The translations under genes and the position numbers were made by a program. DNA of 64,000 nucleotides from Macrostomum lignano (Eukaryota). Each line of letters starts with the position of its first letter. Position 1 is the first letter of the stretch. The DNA is taken from positions 1 to 64,000 of the forward strand of contig NIVC01000247.1 in assembly GCA_002269645.1 (NCBI GenBank), in the 5' to 3' direction. Below the pieces are notes generated by a model. The model had not been told where the DNA came from. It saw nothing but the letters and a program-made list of their open reading frames with translations, and searched no databases. Of this stretch, positions 1 to 13,800 are shown one piece after another.

Positions 1-3000
1 TTTACATGACGCTTCTATGATTGTTTACATGACGCTTCTATGACTTTTTTACATGACGCTTCTATGATTTTTTACATGACGCTTCTATGATTGTTTTCAT
101 GACGCTTCTATGATTTTTACATGACGCTTCTATGATTTTTTACATGACGCTTCTATGATTTTTTACATGACGCTTCTATGATTGTTTACATGACGCTTCT
201 ATGATTTTTACATGACGCTTCTATGATTTTTTTACATGAACGCTTCTATGATTGTTTACATGACGCTTCTATGATTGTTTAACATGACGCTTCTATGATT
301 TTTACATGACGCTTCTATGATTTTTTACATGACGCTTTATGATTGTTTACATGACGCTTCTATGATTTTTATATGACGCTTCTATGATTTTTACATGACG
401 CTTCTATGATTTTTAACATGACGCTTCTATGATTGTTTACATGACGCTTCTATGATTTACATGACGCTTGTATGATTGTTTACATGACGCTTCTATGATT
501 TTTACATGACGCTTCTATGATTTTTACATGACGCTTCTATGATTGTTTACATGACGCTTCTATGATTTTTTACATGACGCTTCTATGATTTTTTCATGAC
601 GCTTCTATGATTGTTTACATGACGCTTCTATGATTTTTAGCATGACGCTTCTATGATTTTTACATGACGCTTCTATGATTTTTACATGACGCTTCTATGA
701 TTTTTATATGACGCTTCTATGATTTTTCATGACGCTTCTATGATTGTTTACATGACGCTTCTATGATTGTTTACATGACGCTTCTATGATTGTTTACATG
801 ACGCTTCTATGATTTTTTTACATGACGCTTCTATGATTTTTACATGACGCTTCTATGATTTTTCATGACGCTTCTATGATTGTTTACATGACGCTTCTAT
901 GATTGTTTTACATGACGCTTCTATGATTTTTTACATGACGTTCTATGATTGTTTTACATGACGCCTTCTATGATTGTTTACATGACGCTTCTATGATTGT
1001 TTACATGACGCTTCTATGATTTTTTACATGACGCTTCTATGATTTTTACATGACGCTTCTATGATTTTTTACATGACGCTTCTACGATTTTTTACATGAC
1101 GCTTCTATGATTGTTTACATGACGCTTCTATGATTGTTTACATGACGCTTCTATGATTTTTATATGACGCTTCTATGATTTTTTACATGACGCTTATGAT
1201 TGTTTACATGACGCTTCTATGATTTTTTAATGACGCTTCTATGATTGTTTACATGACGCTTCTATGATTTTTTACATGACGCTTCTATGATTGTTTTACA
1301 TGACGCTTCTATGATTTTTACATGACGCTTCTATGATTTTTAATGACGCTTCTATGATTTTTTACATGACGCTTCTATGATTTTTACATGACGCTTCTAT
1401 GATTGTTTCATGACGCTTCTATGATTGTTTACATGACGCTTCTATGATTGTTTATGACGCTTCTATGATTTTTTACATGACGCTTCTATGATTTTTACAT
1501 GACGCTTTTATGATTGTTTACATGACGCTTCTATGATTTTTTACATGACGCTTCTATGATTTTTTACATGACGCTTCTATGATTTTTTACATGACGCTTC
1601 TATGATTTTTTACATGACGCTTCTATGATTGTTTACATGACGCTTCTATGATTTTTACATGACGCTTCTATGATTTTTTACATGACGCTTCTATGATTTT
1701 TACATGACGCTTCTAGATTTTTATATGACGCTTCTATGATTTTTTACATGACGCTTCTATGATTGTTTACATGACGCTTCTATGATTGTTTACATGACGC
1801 TTCTATGATTTTTTACATGACGCTTCTATGATTTTTCATGACGCTTCTATGATTTTTATATGACGCTTCTATGATTTTTAGATGACGCTTCTATGATTTT
1901 TACATGACGCTTCTATGATTGTTTACATGACGCTTCTATGATTTTTTACATGACGCTTCTATGATTGTTTCATGACGCTTCTATGATTTTTACATGACGC
2001 TTCTATGATTTGTTTACATGACGCTTCTAGATTTTTTACATGACGCTTCTATGATTGTTTACATGACGCTTCTATGATTTTTTACATGACGCTTCTATGA
2101 TTTTTACATGACGCTTCTATGATTTTTACATGACGCTTCTATGATTGTTTACATGACGCTTCTATGATTGTTTACATGACGCTTCTATGATTTTTACATG
2201 ACGCTTCTATGATTTTTTACATGATGACGCTTCTATGATTGTTTACATGACGCTTCTATGATTGTTTACATGACGCTTCTATGATTTTTTACATGACGCT
2301 TCTATGATTGTTTACATGACGCTTCTATGATTTTTTACATGACGCTTCTATGATTGTTTTTACATGACGCTTCTATGATTGTTTGCATGACGCTTCTATG
2401 ATTGTTTACATGACGCTTCTATGATTTTTTACATGACGCTTCTATGATTTTTACATGACGCTTCTTATGATTGTTTACATGACGCTTCTATGATTTTTTA
2501 CATGACGCTTCTATGATTTTTACATGACGCTTCTATGATTTTTACATGACGCTTCTATGATTTTTACATGACGCTTCTATGATTTTTACATGACGCTTCT
2601 ACGATTTTTTACATGACGCTTCTATGATTTTTACATGACGCTTCTACGATTTTTATATGACGCTTCTATGATTTTTTACATGACGCTTCTATGATTTTTT
2701 ACATGACGCTTCTATGATTGTTACATGACGCTTCTATGATTTTTTACATGACGCTTTATGATTGTTTACATGACGCTTCTATGATTGTTTACATGACGCT
2801 TCTATGATTGTTTACATGACGCTTCTATGATTTTTACATGACGCTTCTATGATTTTTTACATGACGCTTCTATGATTGTTTTCATGACGCTTCTATGATT
2901 TTTACATGACGCTTCTATGATTTTTTACATGACGCTTCTATGATTTTTTACATGACGCTTCTATGATTGTTTACATGACGCTTCTATGATTTTTTATGAC

Positions 3001-6000
3001 GCTTCTATGATTGTTTACATGACGCTTCTATGATTTTTTACATGACGCTTCTATGATTTTTACATGACGCTTCTATGATTTTTACATGACGCTTCTATGA
3101 TTTTTTACATGACGCTTCTATGATTTTTACATGACGCTTCTATGATTTTTACATGACGCTTCTATGATTTTTACATGACGCTTCTATGATTTTTACATGA
3201 CGCTTCTATGATTGTTTACATGACGCTTCTATGATTGTTTACATGACGCTTCTATGATTTTTTACATGACGCTTCTATGATTTTTTACATGACGCTTCTA
3301 TGATTGTTTGCATGACGCTTCTATGATTTTTACATGACGCTTCTATGATTTTTACATGACGCTTCTATGATTTTTACATGACGCTTCTATGATTGTTTAC
3401 ATGACGCTTCTATGATTGTTTACATGACGCTTCTATGATTTTTACATGACGCTTCTATGATTTTTTACATGACGCTTCTATGATTTTTTACATGACGCTT
3501 CTATGATTTTTACATGACGCTTCTATGATTGTTTACATGACGCTTCTATGATTTTTTACATGACGCTTCTATGATTTTTACATGACGCTTCTATGATTGT
3601 TTACATGACGCTTCTATGATTGTTTACATGACGCTTCTAGATTTTTTACATGACGCTTCTATCGATTTTTTACATGACGCTTTATGATTGTTTACATGAC
3701 GCTTCTACGATTTTTTATGACGCTTCTATGATTGTTTACATGACGCTTCTATGATTTTTTACATGACGCTTCTATGATTGCTTTACATGACGCTTCTATG
3801 ATTTTTACATGGCGCTTGTATGATTGTTTACATGACGCTTCTATGATTGTTTACATGACGCTTCTATGATTGTTTACATGACGCTTCTATGATTTTTTAC
3901 ATGACGCTTCTATGATTTTTATATGACGCTTCTATGATTGTTTTCATGACGCTTCTATGATTGTTTACATGACGCTTCTAAGATTTTTACATGACGCTTC
4001 TACGATTTTTTACATGACGCTTCTATGATTGTTTACATGACGCTTCTACGATTTTTATATGACGCTTCTATGATTTTTACATGACGCTTCTATGATTGTT
4101 TACATGACGCTTCTATGATTGTTTACATGACGCTTCTATGATTTTTACATGACGCTTCTATGATTTTTTACATGACGCTTCTATGATTTTTTACGCTTCT
4201 ATGATTGTTTGACGCTTCTATGATTGTTTACATGACGCTTCTATGATTGTTTACATGACGCCTTCTACGATTTTTTACATGACGCTTCTATGATTGTTTA
4301 CATGACGCTTCTATGATTGTTTACATGACGCTTCTATGATTGTTTACATGACGCTTCTAAGATTTTTTACATGACGCTTCTACGATTTTTTACATGACGC
4401 TTCTATGATTTTTTACATGACGCTTCTATGATTTTTACATGACGCTTCTATGATTGTTTACATGACTCTTCTATGATTGTTTACATGACGCTTCTATGAT
4501 TTTTATATGACGTTTCTATGATTGTTTACATGACGCTTATATGATTGTTTACATGACGCTTCTATGATTTTTATATGACGTTTCTATGATTGTTACATGA
4601 CGCTTCTATGATTGTTTACATGACGCTTCTATGATTGTTTACAGTACGCTTCTATGATTTTTTACATGACGCTTCTATGATTGTTTACATGACGCTTCTA
4701 TGATTTTTTACATGACGCTTCTATGATTTTTTACATGACGCTTCTATGATTGTTTGCATGACGCTTCTATGATTGTTTACATGACGCTTCTATGATTGTT
4801 TACATGACGCTTCTATGATTTTTTACATGACGCTTCTATGATTGTTTACATGACGCTTCTATGATTGTTTACATGACGCTTCTATGATTTTTACATGACG
4901 CTTCTATGATTTTTACATGACGCTTCTACGATTTTTTACATGACGCTTCTATGATTGTTTACATGACGCTTCTATGATTGTTTACATGACGCTTCTAAGA
5001 TTTTTTACATGACGCTTCTACGATTTTTTACATGACGCTTTTATGATTGTTTACATGACGCTTCTACGATTTTTATATGACGCTTCTATGATTTTTTACA
5101 TGACGCTTCTATGATTGTTTACATGACGCTTCTATGATTGCTTACATGACGCTTCTATGATTTTTTACATGGCGCTTGTATGATTGTTTACATGACGCTT
5201 CTATGATTTTTATATGACGTTTCTATGATTGTTTACATGACGCTTCTATGATTGTTTACATGACGCTTCTATGATTGTTTACATGACGCTTCTATGATTT
5301 TTTACATGACGCTTCTATGATTGTTTGCATGACGCTTCTATGATTTTTTACATGACGCTTCTATGATTGTTTACATGACGCCTCTACGATTTTTTACATG
5401 ACGCTTCTATGATTGTTTACATGACGCTTCTATGATTTTTTACATGACGCTTCTATGATTGTTTACATGACGCTTCTATGATTTTTTACATGACGCTTCT
5501 ATGATTGTTTACATGACGCTTCTATGATTGTTTACATGACGCTTCTATGATTGTTTACATGACGCTTCTATGATTTTTTACATGACGCTTCTATGATTGT
5601 TTACATGACGCTTCTAAGATTTTTTACATGACGCTTCTATGATTTTTACATGACGCTTTTATGATTTTTTTACATGACGCTTCTATGATTTTTTACATGA
5701 CGCTTCTATGATTTTTTACATGACGCTTCTATGATTGTTTACATGACGCTTCTATGATTGTTTACATGACGCTTCTATGATTGTTTACATGACGCTTCTA
5801 AGATTTTTACATGACGCTTTTACGATTTTTTACATGACGCTTCTATGATTGTTTACATGACGCTTCTATGATTGTTTACATGACGCTTCTAAGATTTTTT
5901 ACATGACGCTTCTACGATTTTTTACATGACGCTTCTATGATTGTTTACATGACGCTTCTATGATTGTTTACATGACGCTTCTAAGATTTTTTTACATGAC

Positions 6001-7101
6001 GCTTCTATGATTGTTTTACAGTACGCTTCTATGATTGTTTACATGACGCTTCTATGATTGTTTACATGACGCTTCTATGATTTTTTACATGACGCTTCTA
6101 TGATTTTTTACATGACGCTTCTATGATTGTTTGCATGACGCTTCTATGATTGTTTACATGACGCTTCTATGATTTTTTACATGACTCTTCTATGATTTTT
6201 ACATGACGCTTCTATGATTGTTTACATGACGCTTCTATGATTGTTTACATGACGCTTTATGATTGTTTACATGACGCTTCTTGATTTTTTACATGACGCT
6301 TCTACGATTTTTTACATGACGCTTCTATGATTGTTTACATGACGCTTCTATGATTGTTTACATGACGCTTCTATGATTTTTACATGACGCTTCTACGATT
6401 TTTTACATGACGCTTTTATGATTGTTTACATGACGCTTCTACGATTTTTATATGACGCTTCTACGATTTTTTACATGACGCTTCTATGATTGTTTACATG
6501 ACGCTTCTACGATTTTTTACATGACGCTTTTATGATTGTTTACATGACGCTTCTATGATTGTTTACATGACGCTTCTAAGATTTTTTACATGACGCTTCT
6601 ACGATTTTTTACATGACGCTTTTATGATTGTTTACATGACGCTTCTACGATTTTTATATGACGCTTCTATGATTTTTTACATGACCTTTCTATGATTTTT
6701 TACATGACGCTTCTATGATTGTTTACATGACGCTTCTATGATTTTTTACATGACGCTTCTATGATTGTTTACATGACGCTTCTATGATTGTTTACATGAC
6801 GCTTCTATGATTGTTTACATGACGCTTCTAAGATTTTTTACATGACGCTTCTACGATTTTTTACATGACGCTTTTTTGATTGTTTACATGACGCTTCTAC
6901 GATTTTTATATGACGCTTCTTAGATTTTTTACATGACGCTTCTATGATTGTTTACATGACGCTTCTATGATTGTTTACATGACGCTTCTATGATTGTTAA
7001 CATGACGCTTCTATGATTGTTTACATGACGCTTCTATGATTGTTTACATGACGCTTCTATGATTGTTTACATGACGCTTCTACGATTTTTATGACGCTTC
7101 T
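1..7101. repeat. Satellite A, ~23-bp monomer ACATGACGCTTCTATGATT(G/T)TTT, about 300 copies, runs off the window start
   Basis: Continuous tandem array. ACATG recurs at 4 and 27 (period 23), and the T-run varies to give 22-24 bp. Confidence 0.98.
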
Positions 7102-8109
7102 TTTTAAAAAGTCTTTTAGTTTTCCTGACGTTGAAAAGCTTTAATTAAAAAAATTATACTGAAATTCAAACCATCGAAAATTCAAACCATCGTCACTGCA
7201 TTTAGCAGTTCAGTTTGTTCACCTTTAGGCTAGCTCTCATCGTTTTGATAACATCAACTTTTGCACTTATATAACTCAACACTTTAAAATCCAAGCATAG
7301 AGTAAATCACACGAAGCAGTTATGACATAATCAGTTTCTCAGTCAGTCAGTATCAGTTAACAATACGGTTACGCAATTTAAATCAAGTCTGGTGCTACGC
7401 TTCCACACTGCATTTTCAATTCAAGTCGGAGTTACAATTCAGTTATGATGCAATCTATTTCAGAGTCAGAATTCAACCAGTCAGTTTTTTCTCTAGCATT
7501 CTTACAATGCATTTCAAGTCAAAAAGTTTGCTTGACCTTTGCAAAAAAGCATGTTTTTCGAATATTTAATGCCTTTAGCATCGAGCAATTTCTTAGCCAC
7601 GATGCATGTACCGTCACGGGAAAATTTCTGATCGAACAGTGCAAGTTCGAACAAAATCGGTCCAGCCATTTTTTCTCTAATCTATCACATATATATATAT
7701 AGACATCACATTTTTAGTATATAGGAAGTTTTTTCTCTAGCATTCTTACAATGAATTTTAGGTCGAAAGAGCTGCTTGACCTTTGCAAAAAAGCATGTTT
7801 TTCGAATATTTAATCCCTTTAACATTGAGAAATTTCTTAGCCAGGATGCATGTACCGTCCCAGGAAAATTTCCGATCGAATGGTGCAAGTTTGAAGAAAA
7901 TCGGTTGAGCCGTTTTTTCTGGAATCTATCTCACACATACACACAGACATTTCATTTTTAGTATATACGAGTGGAACTCCTCCTTCGGAGGAGAAAGGGG
8001 AAGAACTCCCATCACCGGAATTCCATTCCCTGAATTATCCATCAACTGAAATTCCATGTCTTGAACCCCATCTTCCAAATCGTCTCCAAATTCTTTACAA
8101 ACCTTTCAA

Positions 8110-9135
8110 AGACCATAGCTCAAAGACTCTTACGTCTCTCATATCTACTCTCTCCTCTCTTCGCTATTATCGTGACTCGCTTCTCTCTCCTCTCTCTCAT
8201 CTCATCTCTACCCCTACTCTCTTATTTATCTCTACTCCCTTATTTATCTCCTCTCCCTCGTCTTTCTTCTGTACCCTCTCCTGTCTACTCTCCTATCTTC
8301 TATCTTATCTCTCCCCTTTTCTCTCCTCTCTCATATCTCATCTCTAATCACTTATCTATCGTCTCCGCTCTACTTTCTCTCTTCCCTTTTCTCTCTTCTC
8401 TCTACTCTCATTTCTCGTATCTCTTATACGCTCTCAACCTCTCCTTTCTTATCTCCCATTTTTCTTCCCTCCTTTCTACTGCATCACCTGTCTCCTCTCC
8501 TCTCCATTCTCTCTTCTCTCCTCTCTCTCCTCTCATCTGTACTATCTTATTTATCTCTTCTCCCAGGTCTTTCAAATTTACTCTCTCCTGTCTCCTCTCT
8601 CCCCTCGTCTTTCCTCTCTCATATCTCTTCTCTACTCACTTATCTATTCTCTCTCCTCTGCTCCCCTTTTACACTTTCGTATATGCTCTCACTCTCACCC
8701 TCTCCTTTCTTATCTCCTGTTTTTTACACTCCTTTCTACCACCTGTCTCCTCTCGTTTCTCTCCTCTCTGCACTCTCATCTTTACCCTCTTCTTTCTCCT
8801 CACTACTTTCTTCTCTTAAATCTCTGATCTCTGATCTTTCATCTCTCTCCTCTCACCTCTCACCTCTCTCCTCTCTTTCCTCTCTTCTATTGCCTCTGTA
8901 CACTCTTATCCCTTCTTTCTTCTCTCTCCTGTCTCCTCTCTGCTATCTCATATCTCCTCTCTCATATCCTCTCCCTTCATCTCCTCTCTCCTCTTCTCTT
9001 CTCTCTCCTTCGTTCCCGCCTTACTCCCCTCTTCTCTCCCATCTGTCATGTCTAATCTCTCCACTCATTTCTACTCTGTTTTCTATCATTTCATCTCTCT
9101 TCTCTTTTCATTCTTCTCTTTACTCTCTTCTCTGA
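8110..9135. repeat. CT-rich low-complexity tract
   Basis: Degenerate (CT/CTCT)n. It generates the spurious Leu/Ser/Pro ORFs 8061-8819 and 8683-9135. Confidence 0.9.
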
Positions 9136-9149
9136 CTGATTGAAGATGC

Positions 9150-9545
9150 CAAATCCATCAAGATCCTCTCCGCGAAGCAGAAAAATCCTGTCCGTGCAAC
9201 TGAAAACCATCGAAATCCTCTCCGTGAAACTGGACTCCTTCGAAATCCTCTCCTTGAAACTTAAATCCATCAAAATGGTCTCCATAAAACAGAAATCAAT
9301 CATAAATTATCTCCGCGAAACAGAAATCCTCTCCATGAAGCTGAACATCATCGAAATCCTTTCCACGAAACTGAACACCATCGAAATCCTCTCCACGAAA
9401 CTGAACACCATCGAAATCCTCTCCACGAAACAGAAATCCTCTCCACGAAACTGAACACCATCGAAATCCTCTCGACGAAACAGAAATCCTCTCCGTCAAA
9501 ATTAAAACGTTGAAATCGTCTCCGCTAAACTGGACTCAATTGAAT
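9150..9545. repeat. 30-bp minisatellite GAAATCCTCTCCACGAAACTGAACACCATC
   Basis: About 12 degenerate copies. A shorter homologous array lies at ~16270-16420. Confidence 0.9.
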
Positions 9546-9583
9546 TTTTTTCCGTCAAACAACTCAGCTCTCCGGATTCATTG

Positions 9584-9611
9584 GTTAGGGTTAGGGTTAG
9601 GGTTAGGGTTA
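9584..9611 (+). repeat. Interstitial (TTAGGG)n-type run
   Basis: GGTTAGGGTTAGGGTTAGGGTTAGGGTTAG. A degenerate copy sits at 16444-16467 in the homologous block. Confidence 0.85.
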
Positions 9612-10898
9612 GAACTACGCACAGCTTCATGTTAAAAGGCACTGATAAAAATATTGAACTAATTGAATCAATTCATTGCGCAACCGATTTCACAGTCAGT
9701 CAGTATCAGTCTCAGTTAAAGTTAACAAAAACATTGCGCAATCTAAATCAACACTCCAATACACAGCAGCAGTGAGAAGTTGAACCCTTCCCCCAACTTT
9801 AACTATTACGTCTCGAAAAACTGAGTACAATTTTTGCAGAAAGTTAAAAGTATGGAAATAGTTTTTTCAATGCTGTGCTTTTTCTTTTCATATTTAAAGC
9901 AAACAATTTATATCTCTGAAATCAGCTTTGCAAGTTCTTTCCAGCAATATTAATTTTTTCTCTCAAAGTTAAAAACTCGAGCAACAGTTTGCGTTTGAAA
10001 CTTTCTGATTTAAAGCATTGAAATATCAATTGTACGTTCACTGCCTGCTAAAGAGGCCCGCAAGTTTATGCATTGAATTTCAAGGTTCAACAAAACACAG
10101 GGCTGCCTATTGAAAATTAGAACACAAATCTTTGCGCAATTGTCTATAAAGTCAGCCGGTGAGCCAGGGTCCGATTGTACACATGCAGCCATTTAGAACG
10201 CCCCATCCCCCCACTGGAGAGAAAATACACTGCAGAGATAGGGAAAAGTTGTGGCGCAATCACTTGAAATTCATGCAAATTTTCAGCTCCAAGCAGAAAG
10301 AGGGGACAATTAAGATTATCAAAGGTCAAGACCGCCGTTTTCTGCTTTTTTGAGGATCTTAGAAATTAAAATTTCAGAATTAAAATAGCCTATAGCCGAC
10401 CTCGGATAATTTCCAATCTTCCCATATAAGTTTCAACGCTGAGTTGGCACTATTCAAGGAGGAGTTGTCGAAATGACAGACAGACAGACAAACAACGCGT
10501 CAACTTTAGTATATATAGAGGATGCCAGCATCCAGAATTTTTATTATACCCCCCCCCCTTAATTGGTTACGCAAGTTAAATAGAGTAATTATCTGGGCAG
10601 TGGGGCAAAGTGAATTTTCTTATCAGTTGGCTCTGGCGCAATCATTAAAATTGGCTGTGAAGTTTCTCGCTGCGCGCAGGCTGATAAAAAAATACACTAA
10701 AAAGGCCATTTAAAACAGTTTTTCGAATATTTAATCCCCTTAGCATTGAGTTAGAGCTTAATAAAATTACATGTACCGTCCCGGGCACATTTGACATGTT
10801 TTGGCGAAGAAACGGAGAAAATCGATTGAGCCGTTCGGGAGATAATCGATTGCATACAAGCAAGCAAGATTTTCATTTTTAGTAGGGGCCTATATTAG

Positions 10899-13800
10899 AC
10901 TAGCAATCTTCGCCCCCCGTTGGGGGACATCTGGATAGAATCTCTGTTCTCTACAAGTAACAAAAAGACAGCCAAATAAAGCCTTCACAAAGACGACAGA
11001 CAAACTGCTCTAATAAAGTGTAATGCAAAAAGAAATCATCCCAAGACAGCAAGCATCCCCCAGATTGCAAGCATCCCCCAGATAGCAAGCATCCCGAAAA
11101 AGTAAGCATCCACCATAAAATAAGTAGCTAGTGCTACAATTTCCTTAGCTCTATAGTGGCTCCTTTAAAATTGGCATGACGCTTAATTTTACGTTTGAAA
11201 TTGTGTAAATTTTATGTTTGACTTGGTGGCTCTTTAATGTTTGACATGGTGGCTCTTTTATGTTCTACATGGTGGCTCTCTTATGTTTGATTCGGGGTTT
11301 TCTTAATGTCTGACATGGTGTCTCTTTATTGTTTGACATAGTGGCTCTTTTATGTTTGACATGGTGGCTCTTTTATGTTTGACATGGTGGCTCTTTATTG
11401 TTCGACGTGGTGGCTCTTTAATGTTTGACATTATGGCTCTTTAATGTTTGACATGGTGTCTCTTTAATGTTTGACATGTTGTCTCTTTAATGTTTGACAT
11501 GGAGTCATGTATATGTTTGCCATGGTGGCTCTTTAATGTTAGACATGGTGTCTCTTCAATGTTTGACATGGAGTCATGTATATGTTTGACATGGTGGCTC
11601 TTTAATGTTTGACATGGTGGCTCTTTAATGTTTGACATGGTGGCTCTTTAATGTTTGACATAGTGGCTCTTTAATTTTCGAAATGGTGGTTGTTTTATGT
11701 TCTACATGGTGGCTCTTTAATGTTCGACATGGTGGCTCTTTAATGTTCTTAACGGTGTCTGTTTAATGTTTGACATGGTGGCTCTCTAATGTTCGACATG
11801 GTGGCTCTTTAATGTTTGACATGGTGGCTCTTTAATTTTCGAAATGTTGGCTGTTTTATGTTTGACATGGTGGCTCTTTAATGTTAGACATGGTGGCTCT
11901 TTAATGTTTGACATGGTGGCTCTTTAATGTTCGACATGGTGGCTCTTTAATGTTAGACATGGTGTCTCTTTAATGTTTGACATGGAGTCATGTATATGTT
12001 TGACATGGTGGCTCTTGTATTTTTAACATGTTAGCTCTTTAATGTTCGACATGGTGGCTCTTTAATGTCCAACATGGAGTCACGTATATGTTTGACATGG
12101 AGTAATGTATATGTCTGATATGGTAGCTCTTTAATGTTTTACATGGAGTCACGCATATGTTTCACATGGTGGCTATTTTATGTTTGACATGGTGGTTCTT
12201 AAATGTTCGACATGGTGGCTCTTTAATGCTTTACATGGTGGCACTTTCATGTTTGACCTGGTGGCTCTTTAATGTTTGACATGGTGGCTCTTTAATATTT
12301 GACATGGTGGCACTTTCCTGTTTGACCTGGTGGCTCTTTAATGTTTGACATGGTGGCTCTTTAATGTTTTACATGGTAGCACTTTCATGTTTGTAATGGT
12401 GACTATTTTATGTTCTACATGGTGGCTCTTTTATGTTCGACATGGTGGCTCTTTTATGTTCGACATGGTGGCTCTTTAATGTTTGATAAGGTGGCTATTT
12501 AATGTTCGACATGGTGGCTCTTTAATTTTTGACAAGGTGGCTCTTTAATGTTTGAAATAGTGGCTCTTTAATTTTCGAAATGGTGGCTGGTTTATGTTTG
12601 ACATGGTGGCTCTTTAATGTTCGACATGGTGGCTCTTTACTGTTTTTAATGGTGTCTGTTTTATGTTTGACATGGTGGCTCTTTAATGTTTGACATGGTG
12701 GCTCTTTAATGTTTGACATAGTGGCTCTTTAATTTTCGAAATGGTGGCTGTTTTATGTTCTACATGGTGGCTTTTTAATGTTCGACATGGTGGCTCTTTA
12801 ATGTTCTTAATGGTGTCTGTTTTATGTTTGACATGGTGGCTCTCTAATGTTCGACATGGTGGCTCTTTGATGTTTGACATGGTGGCCCTTTAATGTTTGA
12901 CATGGTGGCTCTTTTATGTTAGACATGGTGGCTCTTTTATGTTAGACATGGTGGCTCTTCAATGTTTGACATGGAGTCATGTATATGTTTGACCTGGTGA
13001 CTCTTTAATATTTGACATGGTGGCTCTTTAATGTTTGACATGGGGTCTCTTCAATGTTTGACATGGTGGCTCTTTTATCTTTGACATGGTGGCTCTTTAA
13101 TGTTCGACATGGTGGCTCTTTAATTTTTGACATGGTGGCTCTTTAATTTTCGAAATGGTGGCTCTGTTTTATGTCTGACATGGTTGCTCTTTAATGTTCG
13201 ACATAGTGGCTGTTTTATGTTTGACATGGTGGCTCTTTAATGTTCGAAATAGTGGCTGTTTTATGTTTGACACGGTGGCTCTTTAATGTTCGACATGGTG
13301 GCTCTTTAATGTTTTACATGGTGGCACTTTCATGTTTGACCTGGTGGCTCTTTAATGTTTGACATGGTGGCTCTATAATATTTGACATGGTGGCTCTTTT
13401 ATGTTTGACATGGTGGCTCTTTTATCTTTGACATGGTGGCTCTTTCATGTTCGACATGGCGGCTCTTTAATTTTCGAAATGGTGGCTCTGTTTTATGTTT
13501 GACATGGTGGCTCTTTAATGTTCGACATAGTGGCTGTTTTATGTTTGACATAGTGGCTCTTTAATGTTCGACATAGTGGTTCTTTAATGTTTTTAACGGT
13601 ATCTGTTTTATGTTTGACATGGTAGCTCTTTAATGTTCGACATGGTGGCTCTTTAATGTTTGACATAGTGGCTCTTTAATTTTCGAAATGTTGGCTGCTT
13701 CATGTTTGACATGGTGGCTCTTTAATGTTCGACATGGTGGCTCTTTAATGTTCTTAATGGTGTCTGTTTTATGTTCTTAATGGTGTCTGTTTTATGTTTG

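Larger units (their letters stand above)
7110..10520 (-). mobile_element. Block of stacked non-autonomous Helitron-like elements (copy 1)
   Basis: Minus-strand termini resemble Helitron 5' ends next to short GTCT/GT runs: TCCTATATACTAAAAATG (~7716), CTCGTATATACTAAAAATG (~7969), TCTATATATACTAAAG (~10518). The block is homologous to 15600-17820. Confidence 0.6.

Noticed and set aside
8061-9135. Long Leu/Ser/Pro ORFs (also 27659-28965, 38513-39352, 57930-58745, 62392-63087)
   Set aside because: They are stop-free translations of simple repeats with no domain content.
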